A DNA stretch of 64,000 nt from Leptonemataceae bacterium (GCA_965227295.1 OZ245742.1:5248001-5312000), one strand, 5' to 3'; positions 30,908-41,961 are shown, numbered from the stretch's first letter. Notes: generated by a model from the sequence alone, not told the origin. Numbers and translations are program-made.

Positions 30908-32500
30908 TCAGGACCCCGCGGTCGGCGCGTTCCCGGATTGTTTTGCGATCGCGTTCAATCGGCTCGCCTGGAGTTCGATGTCCTGAAGCACCTGGCTGTT
31001 CTCCTCAAGTCGCTTGGAAAGATTGTTTACGCCGGCCAAAAGTTCTTCCGCGGCCGACGCGGTCTGCTGACTGGCGCCGGCGATATTGTCCATACGTCCC
31101 GTCACCGTACCCACGTTCTCACCGAGTTTATTCATCAGGTCCATGGTGCCGTGGGCGAATTCCGTGAGATCCTTGTTCGTGGTGTTGATGAAATCGAACT
31201 GCTGCGCGCTCTGATCGGAAATCGAGCGCAGGCTTTCCACGGTGGAAGTGTTCTGCCGCAGAATGGACATGATGGCGTTCGTCTCCGCCCGGCCGGCCTG
31301 GATGATGGAGCCGATGGACTTCACCGCTTCGCTCGACTGCTCCGCGAGTCGATTGATCTCCTCGGCGACGATCGTAAAACCGCGTCCCTGTTCGCCGGCC
31401 CGCGCGGCTTCAATGGAAGCGTTCAACGACAACAGATTCGTGTGCTCGGATATTTTCGAAATGGCTTCCAGGATTTCCGCGATCTGCGTTTGCTGATCGC
31501 TCAGGTTGCGCGCGGCGTTCTGGAAGCTTTCACTGAGTTCGGATAACTTCACCAACCGTTCCTGTAGCGATTCAATGGACGCGAGACCGGAGGTAACCGC
31601 TTCGTTCAACTTCAGTACCTGCTCCACGGTGCTGCCGACCTGTCGGCCGAACTGCTCCACCTCGGTACCGATTTCTTTCATCGAAGAGTTCACGCCGTTC
31701 ACCTGGTTCGATTGGGCTTCCGAGGAGCGACTGATCTCGTGAAACGTCGACACCATTTCTTCGAAGGCGGCCGAAGAATCCCGGGTGGATTCGGTCAACG
31801 ATTGTAGCGACGAGTTAATGGAATCCGATGCGCTGCGCGTGGCGTCGTTCACGTCGAGGAGGGCCGCGTGCTGATCCTGGAGCGCGGCGCTTGAGTCGTC
31901 CAGACGATTGATTTGATTCCTGGACCAGGTGACCTGTACCGCCAGGGGGATGGCCACGATGACCACCGCCAGGCCGTGGATCAAAAACGTTTGCCAGGGG
32001 CCGAAGAGGCTACCCTGCCATTGCACCGCGTGGCGGAAAATCAACTCGGGTTCGAAGTATACGAACAGGAGGTGGTGGACCGCGTACAATACACTGATGA
32101 ATACCACGGGGCGCCAATCGCTGTAAAGGCCGACCACCGTCATGGTGAACGCGAAGTGGAAGTGCATGGACTCCTGGCCGTACGAACCGTAGACGAACAA
32201 CGAAAAGTAAAACACGAGAATGGCCGTGTTCGAAAACTTACTGAGCGCCGAGGGCCCGAAGACGAAATGCAGCGCGGTGGATGCGGCCGTAAGCAACAAT
32301 GCCACGAACACCAGCGGGCCCACCGGGAGCACTGCCAGCCAGAGCCAGAAGGCGACGGCCAGCACCAGGTTCGCCCACAGCCCGATCAGCACCCTGCGTT
32401 CAATGCGGATTAAGTCGAGCCGGCGATCGTCCAGAGACTGCCGGTGCGGAGGGCGAACGGCGGCGGAGTCGTTTAACGGGGTACTGGTCGTTGAGTTCAT
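30908..32500 (-). CDS. Methyl-accepting chemotaxis protein with a His-rich multi-TM sensor domain
   Basis: [35 protein letters not shown] region with HFH, YSDW, HH and H motifs. Confidence 0.92.
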   Translation of the reverse strand: MNSTTSTPLNDSAAVRPPHRQSLDDRRLDLIRIERRVLIGLWANLVLAVAFWLWLAVLPVGPLVFVALLLTAASTALHFVFGPSALSKFSNTAILVFYFSLFVYGSYGQESMHFHFAFTMTVVGLYSDWRPVVFISVLYAVHHLLFVYFEPELIFRHAVQWQGSLFGPWQTFLIHGLAVVIVAIPLAVQVTWSRNQINRLDDSSAALQDQHAALLDVNDATRSASDSINSSLQSLTESTRDSSAAFEEMVSTFHEISRSSEAQSNQVNGVNSSMKEIGTEVEQFGRQVGSTVEQVLKLNEAVTSGLASIESLQERLVKLSELSESFQNAARNLSDQQTQIAEILEAISKISEHTNLLSLNASIEAARAGEQGRGFTIVAEEINRLAEQSSEAVKSIGSIIQAGRAETNAIMSILRQNTSTVESLRSISDQSAQQFDFINTTNKDLTEFAHGTMDLMNKLGENVGTVTGRMDNIAGASQQTASAAEELLAGVNNLSKRLEENSQVLQDIELQASRLNAIAKQSGNAPTAGS

Positions 32501-32646
32501 GGCGGGCTGCATTTTACGTCAACATTCACGCTGTTGTAAAGAAATATTAGTATATCTGCATCATTCATGGGGACCTGCGATTTGTTGAAAGTAAAAGGTC
32601 CGACAACCGGAGGCAGGAGGCCTGCGCCGCTGCACAATACATTAAG

Positions 32647-33876
32647 TCAAAAAATCTCTTCCAGCACGTAGAACATGTTCTTGTCCGTACCGAATAACAT
32701 GCGCTTACCGGCAATTACGGGCGCGCTGAGCACGGCGCCTTCCAGTTCCATTTCCCACAGTACATTGCCGGAGGATGCGGACAGGCACACGAGCTTCGGC
32801 ACGTCACGCACATAACGCTCTCCCCGCTCGTCACCCAGGATGCCGATGTAAATGCGATCTCCCGCGATGGTCGGAGCGGAGGATGTCGGATAATCGAACT
32901 CTTTTACCCAGGCGATCTCTCCGCTCTTCGCATTGAAGGCGCGCACTTTCGTATCGCCGGACGTAAAGATCACCAGGTCTCCGTAGAGCGCCGGCGCCAT
33001 GTAATCGAGCAGGTGGACGTGACGATAGAAGACGGTCTCCTGAGTGCGCGGCACGTAGTTCGACCACTCGAACTCCGTGTCGTACTCCCAGACCGTCTGC
33101 CCGGTCTTACGATCCAGGGCGTAGTAGGTTAAGATGGCTCCCCGAGAAGTTAAGAAGTTCGAGGCGTAGTAGACGTTTTGATCGTCGATGGCCGGGAACG
33201 AGTACCACACGTGATACTGCACGTTGACTTTTACGTCCCACAGGAAGCGTCGCTGCTCAATGTCGTAGGCGCCGAAACCCCGCGCCTTCGGCGCCCAGTA
33301 AACCACGCCGTCGTACACCTGAAAGGTATGATGCGACCACACCGGATTCGGCAGGCGATGTTTGAGATCACCCTCCGGACTCAAGAAATACGTCGAGCCG
33401 GTATCCGAGGTAAAAATGACCGTATCGTCGGTGCGCAGGATCAACGATTGCACGGTGTTGGAGGTCTGGAACTTCCATTTTTCTTTCCCGGTGGCAATGT
33501 CCACGGCGTACACGGCGCCGTCGTTGGAGCCGAAGTAGACCGTATCGTCGTCGGCGAAAGGGACCGAGTTCACGGCGTTCTTCGTGGGGAAAATCCACTT
33601 CATGTAACCGGACTCCGCGTCCAGGGCGTAGAAGTTACCGTCGTTCGAGCCGAAGAAAATCGTCTGATCCTTAATGATCGGCGGGTTAAAGCTTACGGTC
33701 TCGTCGCCCTGAAATTGCAGGCGCAGCTTCCACCGTAAACCCAGGGGCGGGTACAGGGCGTTCGTCGTATAGCCGGATCCGCCCTCGCCGCGGTACTCCA
33801 ACCAGTCCCGCTGCGCCTCGCAGCCGGCGAGGAACAAACACGCCCCGAGAATAAATACAATACCTGATCTAATCAT
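32647..33876 (-). CDS. PQQ-like beta-propeller lipoprotein (BamB-like)
   Basis: LAGC lipobox; repeated FGSNDG..YA.D..G..KW.F blades. Confidence 0.88.
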   Translation of the reverse strand: MIRSGIVFILGACLFLAGCEAQRDWLEYRGEGGSGYTTNALYPPLGLRWKLRLQFQGDETVSFNPPIIKDQTIFFGSNDGNFYALDAESGYMKWIFPTKNAVNSVPFADDDTVYFGSNDGAVYAVDIATGKEKWKFQTSNTVQSLILRTDDTVIFTSDTGSTYFLSPEGDLKHRLPNPVWSHHTFQVYDGVVYWAPKARGFGAYDIEQRRFLWDVKVNVQYHVWYSFPAIDDQNVYYASNFLTSRGAILTYYALDRKTGQTVWEYDTEFEWSNYVPRTQETVFYRHVHLLDYMAPALYGDLVIFTSGDTKVRAFNAKSGEIAWVKEFDYPTSSAPTIAGDRIYIGILGDERGERYVRDVPKLVCLSASSGNVLWEMELEGAVLSAPVIAGKRMLFGTDKNMFYVLEEIF

Positions 33877-33884
33877 AGATGCTG

Positions 33885-36437
33885 TTAGTAGTACAAACTC
33901 CGCAGACTGAAGCCGCGCCGCAGGAGCGACCAGAGTCCCGGCTTGCGCATCTCCACCACCGCCGTGCGGTACTGCCGCATCAGCCGCTCGCGGACGGCCT
34001 CGTACTCACCGGGGCCGTATTTCTCACGAAACAGCAACTCGGTGTACGTTTGAGCGAAGGCCCGCAAACCCACGTGGCGTTCGGCGTATTCCAGCGAGGT
34101 TTCGTAAGGACGCTTCACATCGTAGCCTTCCCGCGCCAGGCGCATCAGCAAATACTGAAACAGCGCCCGCAACGCCTTGCGAGATTTGCCGCGGGATGCG
34201 AAGTAAAAATACCACTCGCGCAGGAAACGGAAGCCGTAGAGTACGGCGATGATCAACACCAGGGCACCCGCGGCCACACGCAGCGCGAAGTACCACGGAA
34301 ACTCAAAGGCCCGCTGAGGCAGTACGTTCTTCTCCTCTTCGATCTCGGGGATGATCACGTCCTGGTTGTTCGGATTGAACTGCGGCTTCGGCGGAATCGC
34401 GAAGGCCGTGCTCTCGTAGTCGATCCAGCCGAAACCCGGCATCCAGAATTGCACCCAGGCGTGATGATGCGAGGTCGTCACGAGATAGAGTTCTTGCGCG
34501 CGATAACGTTGCAACGGTTTGATCTTCTTCTGGAGTTTTCGCACACCGGCCTGGTGCGCGGGCGTCTGCAAATCCCGGGACGCCAGGAAACCCACCACCA
34601 CCCGCGAGGGCACGCCGGCCATACGCCCGAGGATCGCCGCGGTGTGAGCGAACTCCGTGCAATCGCCGGACTTCGTTTCCCCCAGGAACTTATGCAACTT
34701 GCCGACACTCGTGTCCTCATCGAAGCCGACCTCGTACTGGTGCTCACGAAAACCGCGCAGCAAGGCCTCGATGCGCGCGAAGTAACGCAGGCCGTCTTGC
34801 TGCGGATCTCCGCGCCAGTTCGGAACGCTCACCTCTTCGTCGGCGCCGGAACTCCCGGCGCGCTCCTTCTGCTCCAGTTCGACCATATCTTTCTTAAACA
34901 GAGAGTATGATTTTTTGAGATGGCGTTCGAAGTCCTGCCGCGTCTTCGCATCCAGCTCCACGTCCAGGTACTCCGCGTAACGTTCCTGTTCCAGCGCGGA
35001 AAGATCACGCACGAGGAACCAGTCTTCCGGCGTCGACATGCTGAAGCGCGAGACGGCGTGGTAGGAAAGATCGAAGGGATGATACGTGCGGTCCTCGACG
35101 GTGGGCTGGATGCGAAACGGACGATAGGCCACGGCACGTTGTTTCAGCGACGAGAGATAAAAGACCTCGTGCGGTTTGCGTTTATCGTCGCGCGAGGTGA
35201 TCTGATCCTGCCAGGTTTCAGCAAGATGCAAACGAGCCAGTTCGTTCAACGGCTCCTGATCGTCCGGCGTCAGCTGAAAACCTTCGGTTTTATCGAAGTC
35301 GCCGTGGTACTCGTAGGCCGCGTAGACCGGGTCCACCGGACTGGCAATGACCATCAGCGCGGCCTGCGAGCCGCCTTCCCCGGAGGAGTTCTCCAGGAAG
35401 TTCTGCCACTGATCCGACGGAACACTGCCCAGGCGTTGGCCGCTCTGCCCCTGGCCGCCGCCCTGACCTTCCTGCTGCTGTCCCTCGCCGCCGCCTTCGC
35501 CCTGTTGCGGCTGACCGCTACCGCCGCCGCCGTTGCCGCCGCGAGGCAGTTCACTTTCCGAACCGCCCTGACCGCCGCCGCCGCGGTTTTCGTCCGGCCG
35601 GGTTTCCCGTTCGCCGGGATCGTCCAGTTCCCGGCCGCCGCCCTGGCGTTCACTGGGATACGGTTCGTCGCCTTCGCCCAACGGCAGGCCGTTGCCGGAT
35701 TCGTTGCCCTGACTTCCCTGCGCATCGGCCAGTTGGCCGTCTTCGCCGGTTTGGCCGTCACCATCCCCGGAAAAATCCGGCGTCGGCGGCGGCGGTTCGT
35801 TGAATTCGTTGAACGGAATATCGTTCTGCACGTAGGTCATCGGCACGAAGAGTGCGACGACGAGCACAATCGGTAATGTAATCCCGCTGAACATTAAGAG
35901 TTCCCGGCGGCGGCGCTGCCGCGAGCGATCCGGGAAGGCGGCCAGGTACAGGACGAGGCCGTGCACCAGAAAGGAAATCACCGCGAGAATCAAGAGCGCC
36001 TTCGCCACCGGCAACGTGGCCCGGGCCACGTCTTCCGACGAACGCGTGAAGCTGAGCATCTTGAAGTAGACCAGGCCGAAGAAGAACATCTCCAGGGCTG
36101 CCAGGCCGAGGCCGCGCCCGCTGCCGAAGATCATCCGCGTCCACACGAACGAAAGCAAGCCCGCTCCGAAAATGAGGACCACGGCGTACCAACGAAACTC
36201 GGACACCCACAGAATGGACAATAACAACAACGACGCCGCGGTGGCCGGGCCGGACCACCACGGCATCCGCGGCGGGCGCAGAAAGAACGCGGCGAACATC
36301 ATCCCCGGCACCAGGAAGAACCAGGTATACAGACCGATCCAATCGTACGGCACCGGCACCGCTTCGCCCGGCAGGTACGGGACGGTGATGAGCAGGACAT
36401 ACAGCGCCAATCTTGTGAAAAACAAAAACGTCTTCAT
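33885..36437 (-). CDS. Membrane protein with a transglutaminase-like domain
   Basis: N-terminal TMs; GDCTEFA..G.P.RVV.GF, HAWVQ..PG.GWIDYE catalytic motifs; Gly/Gln/Glu-rich linker. Confidence 0.88.
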   Translation of the reverse strand: MKTFLFFTRLALYVLLITVPYLPGEAVPVPYDWIGLYTWFFLVPGMMFAAFFLRPPRMPWWSGPATAASLLLLSILWVSEFRWYAVVLIFGAGLLSFVWTRMIFGSGRGLGLAALEMFFFGLVYFKMLSFTRSSEDVARATLPVAKALLILAVISFLVHGLVLYLAAFPDRSRQRRRRELLMFSGITLPIVLVVALFVPMTYVQNDIPFNEFNEPPPPTPDFSGDGDGQTGEDGQLADAQGSQGNESGNGLPLGEGDEPYPSERQGGGRELDDPGERETRPDENRGGGGQGGSESELPRGGNGGGGSGQPQQGEGGGEGQQQEGQGGGQGQSGQRLGSVPSDQWQNFLENSSGEGGSQAALMVIASPVDPVYAAYEYHGDFDKTEGFQLTPDDQEPLNELARLHLAETWQDQITSRDDKRKPHEVFYLSSLKQRAVAYRPFRIQPTVEDRTYHPFDLSYHAVSRFSMSTPEDWFLVRDLSALEQERYAEYLDVELDAKTRQDFERHLKKSYSLFKKDMVELEQKERAGSSGADEEVSVPNWRGDPQQDGLRYFARIEALLRGFREHQYEVGFDEDTSVGKLHKFLGETKSGDCTEFAHTAAILGRMAGVPSRVVVGFLASRDLQTPAHQAGVRKLQKKIKPLQRYRAQELYLVTTSHHHAWVQFWMPGFGWIDYESTAFAIPPKPQFNPNNQDVIIPEIEEEKNVLPQRAFEFPWYFALRVAAGALVLIIAVLYGFRFLREWYFYFASRGKSRKALRALFQYLLMRLAREGYDVKRPYETSLEYAERHVGLRAFAQTYTELLFREKYGPGEYEAVRERLMRQYRTAVVEMRKPGLWSLLRRGFSLRSLYY

Positions 36438-36490
36438 GGTAAATATCTCACACGCCCGGAATTAATATGAAGTAAAACAATGTTAAAGCA

Positions 36491-36640
36491 TTTGGGCGCG
36501 TCTGCCGGCAAGCTCCCGCCTGTCGGGAGCGCGGCAGTCGGTTCCCCTCCGGCGACCGCGCTTTCCAGGGCTCCGCCTTCGGCTTCGGTCTTTGCTGCGC
36601 AAAGACTCGCTTCGCGACCCTTCCAATCGCTCGCGCGAAG
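36491..36640 (-). repeat. REP-like structured intergenic element, copy 2
   Basis: Several hairpins (GCTCCCG..CGGGAGC, GTCTTTGC..GCAAAGAC); shares motifs with 20776-20888. Confidence 0.65.
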
Positions 36641-36674
36641 AATTGAACCATCATAACAAAACACCAACCAACTC

Positions 36675-38024
36675 TTAAACCAACGACACCTTCAGCTTCT
36701 CCTCCATGAATCGCCCGCCGCCCTGTACCGACGGCGCCGGTCTTGCCGACTCGCGGCGGAAAATCCACGGCCCGGGAATCGGCAGGTGTTCCTGCTCCAT
36801 GGGCAGCAACCGCACGCGCCGGGCTTCGGAACTGCTCGGGAAGTTCGTGCGGAAGATGTTAAATATGACGCCGGGCACGATGGAATCGTTCAGTCCGGTG
36901 TCGAACGGCGTCGAAAACACGAACCGTTCGCCGCTGCCCGCCACCGGCACCACGTGTTTTCCGCGCACGAACGGAATCGCCGCCAGGGTTTCGCCGAAAC
37001 GCTCGATGTCGTCCTCGGATTCGACCAGGTAGACCTCGTCCGCCGTGACCACTCGAAAGCGGAACTCCGGAAACTCGCGCTTTACCTGAAATAAAAACGC
37101 AAGCAGCCAGGATTTCAAGAAGTTCAAATGCATGAGCGCCGCGGGGGTGTCGACCGCCCCCGGATGGAAGTGCCGGAATTCCAGGTGCAACAGCTTCGAT
37201 TCCTCCGGCGATTTCGGCGAAATGCGCGTGATCATCTCGCCGAACCGAAACGACGCCTTCCAGTTGAGATCCTTGAGGCGATCCCCGGGCTGATACTCGC
37301 GCATGTAGTACTTCTCCTCGTCGGAGTTCCGGAAACGCTGCGAACTCTCGAACGAGGCGGCATTGCGAAACTGCGGCAGCGGTTTGTCGGCGAGCAGCGG
37401 CGGCTGCACCACGAAGCGCCGGGGCTGCGCCCGGCCGATGCGCGTCCGCGTAAAACCGAAAACGTCGCGCAGCAACAGGCGACCCGTAACATCCACCGGA
37501 CCGCACAACGGGAAGTAGACCGGGATGTCGATCTCACCGCCGCGGGAAGACGAACCTTCTTCTCGAATCAAGAACGTCGCGTTGCGACCGGCCTTGAGCG
37601 TACCGCGAATGACGAAATGAAAACGATAAAAGTAATGCGGCCGCGCTTCGCCCAGGTGCAACGACTGCTTCGCTTCTGGTTGCCGTGCGATCAAACCGCC
37701 CCGGGCTTCCCATACCACGTCCATCGTCTGCAACCGCATGGCCTGGAGCCGGCCGTCGAAGGCGAGGACGAACAACAGCAAGAACGACAGCGCCGAAAAC
37801 AAAAAGGCATAGATGTTCGAAGTACCAAAGGCCAGGCCGGCCAGGTACAACGCGCTCAGAAAGAGGATCGAGCCGGTAATGGTGAAGGGATAATAAAACT
37901 CCAGCCAGCGACCGAGGCGAAACAGAAACGCGTTCTCACCGTCTGCGACGTTGCCGGTCGACGCGGTCACCGCCCCTGCCGCAACAGCGGCCGGCGCGGC
38001 CTTGCTGTCTTCTTGCGTGCTCAT
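36675..38024 (-). CDS. DUF58 domain membrane protein
   Basis: MREYQPGDRLKDLNWKAS motif; immediately downstream of MoxR. Confidence 0.88.
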   Translation of the reverse strand: MSTQEDSKAAPAAVAAGAVTASTGNVADGENAFLFRLGRWLEFYYPFTITGSILFLSALYLAGLAFGTSNIYAFLFSALSFLLLFVLAFDGRLQAMRLQTMDVVWEARGGLIARQPEAKQSLHLGEARPHYFYRFHFVIRGTLKAGRNATFLIREEGSSSRGGEIDIPVYFPLCGPVDVTGRLLLRDVFGFTRTRIGRAQPRRFVVQPPLLADKPLPQFRNAASFESSQRFRNSDEEKYYMREYQPGDRLKDLNWKASFRFGEMITRISPKSPEESKLLHLEFRHFHPGAVDTPAALMHLNFLKSWLLAFLFQVKREFPEFRFRVVTADEVYLVESEDDIERFGETLAAIPFVRGKHVVPVAGSGERFVFSTPFDTGLNDSIVPGVIFNIFRTNFPSSSEARRVRLLPMEQEHLPIPGPWIFRRESARPAPSVQGGGRFMEEKLKVSLV

Positions 38025-38027
38025 GGT

Positions 38028-39017
38028 TCATCGAACCTGCACTTCTTTTTCGATGCGGGCCAGAAGATCGGCCGGACTCTGCCCGGGGTCTTCCAGTTCC
38101 AGGCGATGCGCAAGCGCCGGTACAAGCAGTTCTTTTACGAGATCGATCGTGACGTAGCTGTCGCCGCGCACCAGGGCCAGGGCCCGCGCCAGCCGCGACA
38201 GTTTAATGCCCGCCCGCGGCGAACATCCGGTGAGGATTCCGGGAAAGCCCCGCGTGCGTCGCGTGAAGCGCACGATGTACGCAACAACGTCTTCGTGAAT
38301 CGAAACCGAGTCCACGAGCTTCTGCCAGGCGAGTAACTCGCTCACTTCCGCGACGGGACCGAAGCCGGCCCAGGAATTTTCTTTGCCGTGCTTGTGGACG
38401 ATGGCGATCTCGTCCGCCTCGTTGGGATAGCCCATCGACAGTTGCACCATGAAACGGTCGAGCTGCGGCGCCGGGAGCGGGAAGAGATGCTGGCCGCGCA
38501 GGTTCATGGTGGAGATGATAAAAAACGGATCCGGGAGTTCGTAGGTCCGGCCTTCGATGCTGACCATCTGTTCTTCCATGGCCTGGAAAAACGAGCCCTG
38601 GGTCTTCGGGGTGAGCAGGTTGATTTCATCGCACAAGACGAAGTGCGCGAAGATGGGACCGCGGTTGAAGATGTAGTTGTTCGTATTCATGTCGAAGCGG
38701 TTGAAGCCCAGGATATCCTGGGGCAACAGGTCCACCGTACATTGAATACGAGTGAAGTAGCTGACCTTCACGCCCTCGGCGGTGGTCTCGTCCTCCGCCC
38801 AGCGAATGGAGCCGGCCAGGGCCCGCGCGAGACTCGTTTTACCGACGCCGTGGCTGTCCGCGAGCATCACGTGACCGCCGGCAATCTTCGAAGCGATGAT
38901 GTGCTCGAGCTTCTGCCGGTCGATGGTGATGACGGACTGGATGTTCTTAACCACGCGATGGATACCGTCGCGGGCATGAGTGAAGAATGCGGGATCGATC
39001 TCTTGTGTCGTAGTCAT
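38028..39017 (-). CDS. MoxR-family AAA+ ATPase
   Basis: HGVGKTSLARALA, RIQCT.DLLP.DI.G, DEIN, LP.PQLDRF, SPRA. Confidence 0.93.
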   Translation of the reverse strand: MTTTQEIDPAFFTHARDGIHRVVKNIQSVITIDRQKLEHIIASKIAGGHVMLADSHGVGKTSLARALAGSIRWAEDETTAEGVKVSYFTRIQCTVDLLPQDILGFNRFDMNTNNYIFNRGPIFAHFVLCDEINLLTPKTQGSFFQAMEEQMVSIEGRTYELPDPFFIISTMNLRGQHLFPLPAPQLDRFMVQLSMGYPNEADEIAIVHKHGKENSWAGFGPVAEVSELLAWQKLVDSVSIHEDVVAYIVRFTRRTRGFPGILTGCSPRAGIKLSRLARALALVRGDSYVTIDLVKELLVPALAHRLELEDPGQSPADLLARIEKEVQVR

Positions 39018-39037
39018 AAGTACGTTACTGAAGGTGT

Positions 39038-39886
39038 CTATTCGGCGCCGGAGGGTGTAAACCGCGTTTTTTCCTGCTGCCGCTCACGGCGTAACGCCCG
39101 CCCGCGCTCCCGGAGGACATAGGCGTGCATCTTGCGACGAAACTCCAGCAACGCCTCCTCGAATTGAAGGAGGCCGCGATTCCGCGAATTGGGATTCAGC
39201 TCCGGCCGGCTCCCCGGTGAACCGATGCGCTCCAGTTCCTCAACGAGCATGAGCTTCAGCCGCGCACTCAGGCGGTTGCGCAGAAAGACTTCCAGGTCCG
39301 GCGTGGCGTGGATGAGCACGTGTCCCAGGGTATTCAGGTCGTTCTGCGCGATCATCTGATCCGCGTCGAAGGGCTGCCAGGTGAGGAGTTCCGACAATGC
39401 CGGCAAGACATCCAGGTCAGTGCCGCCGCTCCCCGGGGCGCCGTTTGCCGGGGACGATTTGTAGGAACTCTTACGCAGCTCCGCAAAGAGGCCGCGGCTC
39501 CGCTCGCCCGGCGGCTCGGCGTGTTCGAGAAAACTGCCGAGCTCGGCCTTCGGACCGGCTTCGGCCAGGGCCCGACAGAGCGAGACCTCCGACATCCGCA
39601 GCAGCCCCTGAATCTTCCCGTCCTTTTTTAAGAGAAAGGGCTCCGTGTGTACAAGAACGGAGACGCCCTCGGCTTCGAGGCGGAACAGGTTGTCGTTGGT
39701 CTTACTCAGCCGAAAGTGCGGCGTTTCTTTGAGCACGCCCGGTTCGGCCTGGCGTGTGATCAGGAACGCGCGCAGTTTTTCCCGCAGGCGACGCAACAGA
39801 TCGCCGAGTCGAGTATCCACATCGGGCCCGCCGGCCGCCGGAGCCGCCGGTTTGCGCCCGCCGAAAAGACGCCGCAAGAAGGACAT
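39038..39886 (-). CDS. Hypothetical protein
   Basis: Host-like codon usage; co-oriented 20 bp upstream of MoxR. Confidence 0.7.
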   Translation of the reverse strand: MSFLRRLFGGRKPAAPAAGGPDVDTRLGDLLRRLREKLRAFLITRQAEPGVLKETPHFRLSKTNDNLFRLEAEGVSVLVHTEPFLLKKDGKIQGLLRMSEVSLCRALAEAGPKAELGSFLEHAEPPGERSRGLFAELRKSSYKSSPANGAPGSGGTDLDVLPALSELLTWQPFDADQMIAQNDLNTLGHVLIHATPDLEVFLRNRLSARLKLMLVEELERIGSPGSRPELNPNSRNRGLLQFEEALLEFRRKMHAYVLRERGRALRRERQQEKTRFTPSGAE

Positions 39887-40053
39887 AATCCAGCATCGGC
39901 CGGTCGCGCGGATCTCGCAATGAAATCACGACGGCCTTTCCGTAAGTATGTGCAGATATCCGGGATTTTTTTCGGGGCCGCCGAGCCTTTACCGGCCCCG
40001 GGCTTGCCCACGTTTGCGGGCCGGTTCCAGATTTCCCCATGTCCCCGCCAATC

Positions 40054-40620
40054 ATGCGCAGCATCACGATCGCCCTGCTCCTCTGCGTCACCGCGCTCCC
40101 CCACTGCACGCGTCGACTCGATTCGCATCGACCGGGTACGGGTTTGCTGATTGCTCAGGTGCAGGTACGAATCCTTTCCAGTACCATTGACGCGGAGTTG
40201 GACCTGGAATACCTGCTGATCGAAAAGGACAGCGGCGAGACCAGCACGGGTTATGATGACTATGACGACGGGGTCTACGTATTCAACGATGTCACCCCGG
40301 GCCGTTATCGCCTGTACCGGGGTTTCGTCCGGACGAACAACCTGCCCGGGGAAAACGTCGGCGGCGTTCGCCTGCACTTTCATTCACGGCCCGAGAACGA
40401 CTACGTGGAAGCCCTGCCCGGGACGATCATCTCTCTGGGTTCGTACGATATCACTATCGAGTACTCTATGCCCATATTTACCGTGGTCCCGAGTCACATA
40501 ACCTTCGAGGGGGGGCCTGGGCCGGAAGCCCAACGCGAGGGCCTGGATCTGTTCATCGAACGCTGGCCGGAAGGCTACTGGCCCGATCTGGCCCGCATGC
40601 AACGACGGGCAGCCTACTGA
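40054..40620 (+). CDS. Hypothetical exported protein or lipoprotein
   Basis: Signal-like N-terminus ending in Cys; beta-rich body. Confidence 0.6.
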   Translation: MRSITIALLLCVTALPHCTRRLDSHRPGTGLLIAQVQVRILSSTIDAELDLEYLLIEKDSGETSTGYDDYDDGVYVFNDVTPGRYRLYRGFVRTNNLPGENVGGVRLHFHSRPENDYVEALPGTIISLGSYDITIEYSMPIFTVVPSHITFEGGPGPEAQREGLDLFIERWPEGYWPDLARMQRRAAY

Positions 40621-41412
40621 TCAATTCAACGAGATCAAATACCGCGCGCCCTCGGTAAATTCAGAGAGACGCGGTTCGAGCCGGTTCTGGAAAAAACCGA
40701 AGCTGTCGATGCGGGCCACGCGCGGTGCGTCCGCCTTTCCTCGCAAAACGCCGTAAAGATAACCGCAGAATTGCAGATGCCGCAGACAATAAAGCGTACC
40801 GTCCTTAAGTTCTCCATACTGAAAGTTACCAGCGTAGATAAAATAATCCTGCTCGGCGATCTCCACCACGTGACCGTCCACTTCAATGAGGCGATACTGC
40901 CAGAACAAAGCGCCGCGACCGTGAAAATCCCCGGCCCGAAATGCGCCGACGTACACCGATTCCAGGAATTGATCCGCCAGGACACCCCGACCTCCGGAGC
41001 AGTCCCCCTGCAAACAGATCACCAGCGCGAACGAACGCTTGTGTCGTTCGGCACCGCCGGTACGAAATTCCCAGGCCCCCCCGTATTCGTTCCCGTCGGG
41101 GAAACCGAAACTGCCCGGCCCGGGTCGCAGGAAGCCCCGCTCAAAAAGACCGCTGATTCGGTACCCGGGGGGCAGCTCCATGGTGCCGCGCCCGTGGGCC
41201 ATGGCATTCTCCATCCCGCCGCGATAGACGATCCCGGTTTCGTGAGCCAGCTCCACCCGCTCGCTATCGTAGAAGCCGAGGCGATAGGACAAACCCTCGG
41301 AGAAACTACAGCTCCGGCATTGCCAGGCTTCGGCGCAGTGACCCAGGAACGGGGCGGCAACGAGCAACAACAATCCAGGCCACAGGGCTGGCAATCGGAA
41401 GCGGGAGGGCAT
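40621..41412 (-). CDS. Exported MORN-repeat-like protein
   Basis: Y.G.(F/M)..G..HGRG repeats; CLQGDC..G.G motif. Confidence 0.65.
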   Translation of the reverse strand: MPSRFRLPALWPGLLLLVAAPFLGHCAEAWQCRSCSFSEGLSYRLGFYDSERVELAHETGIVYRGGMENAMAHGRGTMELPPGYRISGLFERGFLRPGPGSFGFPDGNEYGGAWEFRTGGAERHKRSFALVICLQGDCSGGRGVLADQFLESVYVGAFRAGDFHGRGALFWQYRLIEVDGHVVEIAEQDYFIYAGNFQYGELKDGTLYCLRHLQFCGYLYGVLRGKADAPRVARIDSFGFFQNRLEPRLSEFTEGARYLISLN

Positions 41413-41607
41413 GCTTCAGCGCGGGATGTACGAAACGGCCGGTCAAGACGCTAAGCCTTCGGCCGGACGACTGCGACGCCTTTTCAGAAAGATTGTGTAG
41501 ATAGTGCAGGAAGATCGGGAGAGCCGGTAAGATGGGTGCGCCGCGCGGGCCCGCGGAGGGCCAGGACGCGGCTCCGGCCGCGCGAGGCGACCGGAAGATG
41601 GAACGCG

Positions 41608-41627
41608 CCGCCCGGAAGTCCGGGCGG
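41608..41627 (-). terminator. GC-rich hairpin just after the rpmE stop
   Basis: CCGCCCGGA-AG-TCCGGGCGG; weak U-tract. Confidence 0.45.
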
Positions 41628-41632
41628 AGGCC

Positions 41633-41833
41633 TTACTTCATTTTGTACTTTTTCTTGAAGCGATCCACGCGACCGGCGGAGTCGATGACGCGCTGCTGGC
41701 CGGTGTAGAACGGGTGGCAGGCCGAGCAGATTTCGACGTTCAGGTCCGTGCGGGTGGAACGGGTCTTGTGCTCGGCGCCGCACGCGCACTTGATGACCAC
41801 TTCGGTGTATTCGGGGTGGATGCCTGCTTTCAT
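41633..41833 (-). CDS. rpmE: 50S ribosomal protein L31 (Zn-binding type)
   Basis: [41 protein letters not shown]. Confidence 0.98.
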   Translation of the reverse strand: MKAGIHPEYTEVVIKCACGAEHKTRSTRTDLNVEICSACHPFYTGQQRVIDSAGRVDRFKKKYKMK

Positions 41834-41961
41834 GGGATATTACCTCTGCTGGTGAGACGCGGCGACGGTCAAGGGGTTTCTTCTATATATACACGCGGCC
41901 GGGATTTCATCGTGTTCAAAACTATTGACAGCGAAGAATCACGACCCACATTCCGGTCCCC

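Noticed and set aside
41834..41961. Target-site duplication or att sites at the island ends
   Set aside because: No convincing direct or inverted repeat shared with 55897-56092 was found by eye.
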